Shown one piece after another: positions 32,961 to 34,078 of a DNA stretch of 34,078 bases. The position numbers were made by a program, and so were the translations under genes. Source of the DNA: Chiloscyllium plagiosum (taxonomy: Eukaryota); contig NC_057720.1 in assembly GCF_004010195.1 (NCBI RefSeq), positions 6,241,016 through 6,275,093 of the forward strand. Reading direction: 5' to 3'. The notes beneath the pieces were generated by a model that saw only the letters and a list, made by a program, of their open reading frames with translations, was not told where the DNA came from and made no database searches. Position 1 is the stretch's first letter. Every line of letters begins with the position of its first letter.

Positions 32961-33249
32961 TCCCATGTGGTGTCAGCCTGAAGCTATGAAACAGGACTAA
33001 GTGTCTACAAAACAGAAGAAACAACAAGTGGTAGGCAAGATCGAGAAATCTTACAAGCAATAGATTAAATCTAAACTCTGCAGTCCTGCCACATCCAGCT
33101 GTGTGGCCTCTATCTGCACTGTAGGAATCCTACGATTTTTGACTGTTCAAAATCTACCCCATTAAGCGCAAAGTTAGTGCTGCACAACGTACCACAGATT
33201 ATCCTCAATGTGAAGACAGTTTGTGTGGTGTTCATACATAGAACATAGG

Positions 33250-33793
33250 GCATTAAACATAGAGTCACAGAGACATAGAGATGTTCAGCATGGAAATAGA
33301 CCATTCGGTCAAACCCGTCCATGCCGACCAGATATCCCAACCCAATCTAGTCCCACCTGCCAGCACCCGGCCCATATCCCTCCATACCCATCCAAATGCC
33401 TCCTAAATTGTACCAGCCTCCACTACTTCTGCTGGCAGCTCATTCCATACAAGTACTACCCTCTGTGTGAAAACGTTGCCCCTGAGGTCTCTTTTATATT
33501 TTTCCTCTCTCACCCTAAACCTATGCCATCTAGTTTTAGACTCTCCGACCCCAGGGAAAAGACTTTGTCTATTTATCCTTTCCATGCACCTCATGATTAT
33601 ATAAACCTCTATAAGGTCACCCCTCAGCCTCCGACACTCAAGGGAAAACAGCCCCAGCCTGTTCAGCCTCTCCCTAAAGCTCAAATCCTCCATCCCTGGC
33701 AACACCCTTGTAAATTTTTTCTGATCCCTTTCAAGTTTCACAACATCTTTCTGATAGGAAGGAGACCAGAATTGCATGCAATATTCCAACAAT
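33250..33793 (-). mobile_element. CR1 3' end
   Basis: LLEYCMQFWSPSYQKDVVKLE..RRLRGDLIEVY..WNELPAEVVEAG. Confidence 0.9.
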
Positions 33794-34078
33794 GTCTGGA
33801 TTAGTGGTGCTGGAAGAGCACAGCAGTTCAGGCAGCATCCAAGGAGCAGCGAAATCGACGTTTCGGGCAAAAGCCATTCATCAGGAATAAAGGCAGTGAG
33901 CCTGGAGTGTGGAGAGATAAGCTAGAGGAGGGTGGGGGTGGGGAGAAAGTAGCATAGAGTACAATGGGTGAGTGGGGGAGGGGATGAAGGTGATAGGTCA
34001 GGGAGGAGAGGGTGGAGTGGATAGGTGGAAAAGGAGATAGGCAGGTAGGACAAGTCCGGACAAGTCATGGGGACAGTG
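33794..34078 (-). mobile_element. PLE terminal region (family B) running off the window, with a hammerhead at ~33853-33888
   Basis: Reverse strand attc-CUGAUGA-A-uGGC-uuuu-GCCc-GAAA-CGUC^gauu. Homologous to 15936-16067. Confidence 0.85.

Overview
Eukaryotic, repeat-saturated DNA, most likely intergenic or intronic sequence from an elasmobranch (shark). The organism is inferred from HE1-like SINEs and HER1/CR1-like LINEs. I can support no host protein-coding gene; nearly all ORF-track entries are decayed retroelement fragments, their antisense shadows or N-gap artefacts. The window holds many nested CR1 LINE fragments (APE endonuclease, RT, ORF1 zinc-finger/SGNH esterase), a split Rex1/Babar LINE, L2-like fragments, six HE1-like tRNA-derived SINEs, a second tRNA-derived SINE family, a 709-bp solo LTR, a 37-bp hairpin minisatellite and a ~549-bp tandem duplication. 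The main signal is a set of Penelope-like element (PLE) derivatives carrying minimal type-I hammerhead ribozyme motifs (CUGANGA-A-stem II-GAAA, palindromic stem III). One is a 280-bp TSD-flanked mini-element with hammerheads on both strands and a 157-nt direct-repeat period, resembling a retrozyme. A near-identical copy sits at the same nucleotide of a different, more diverged CR1 copy. Family names come from motif recognition and memory, not database searches. Boundaries are approximate unless a TSD is quoted.
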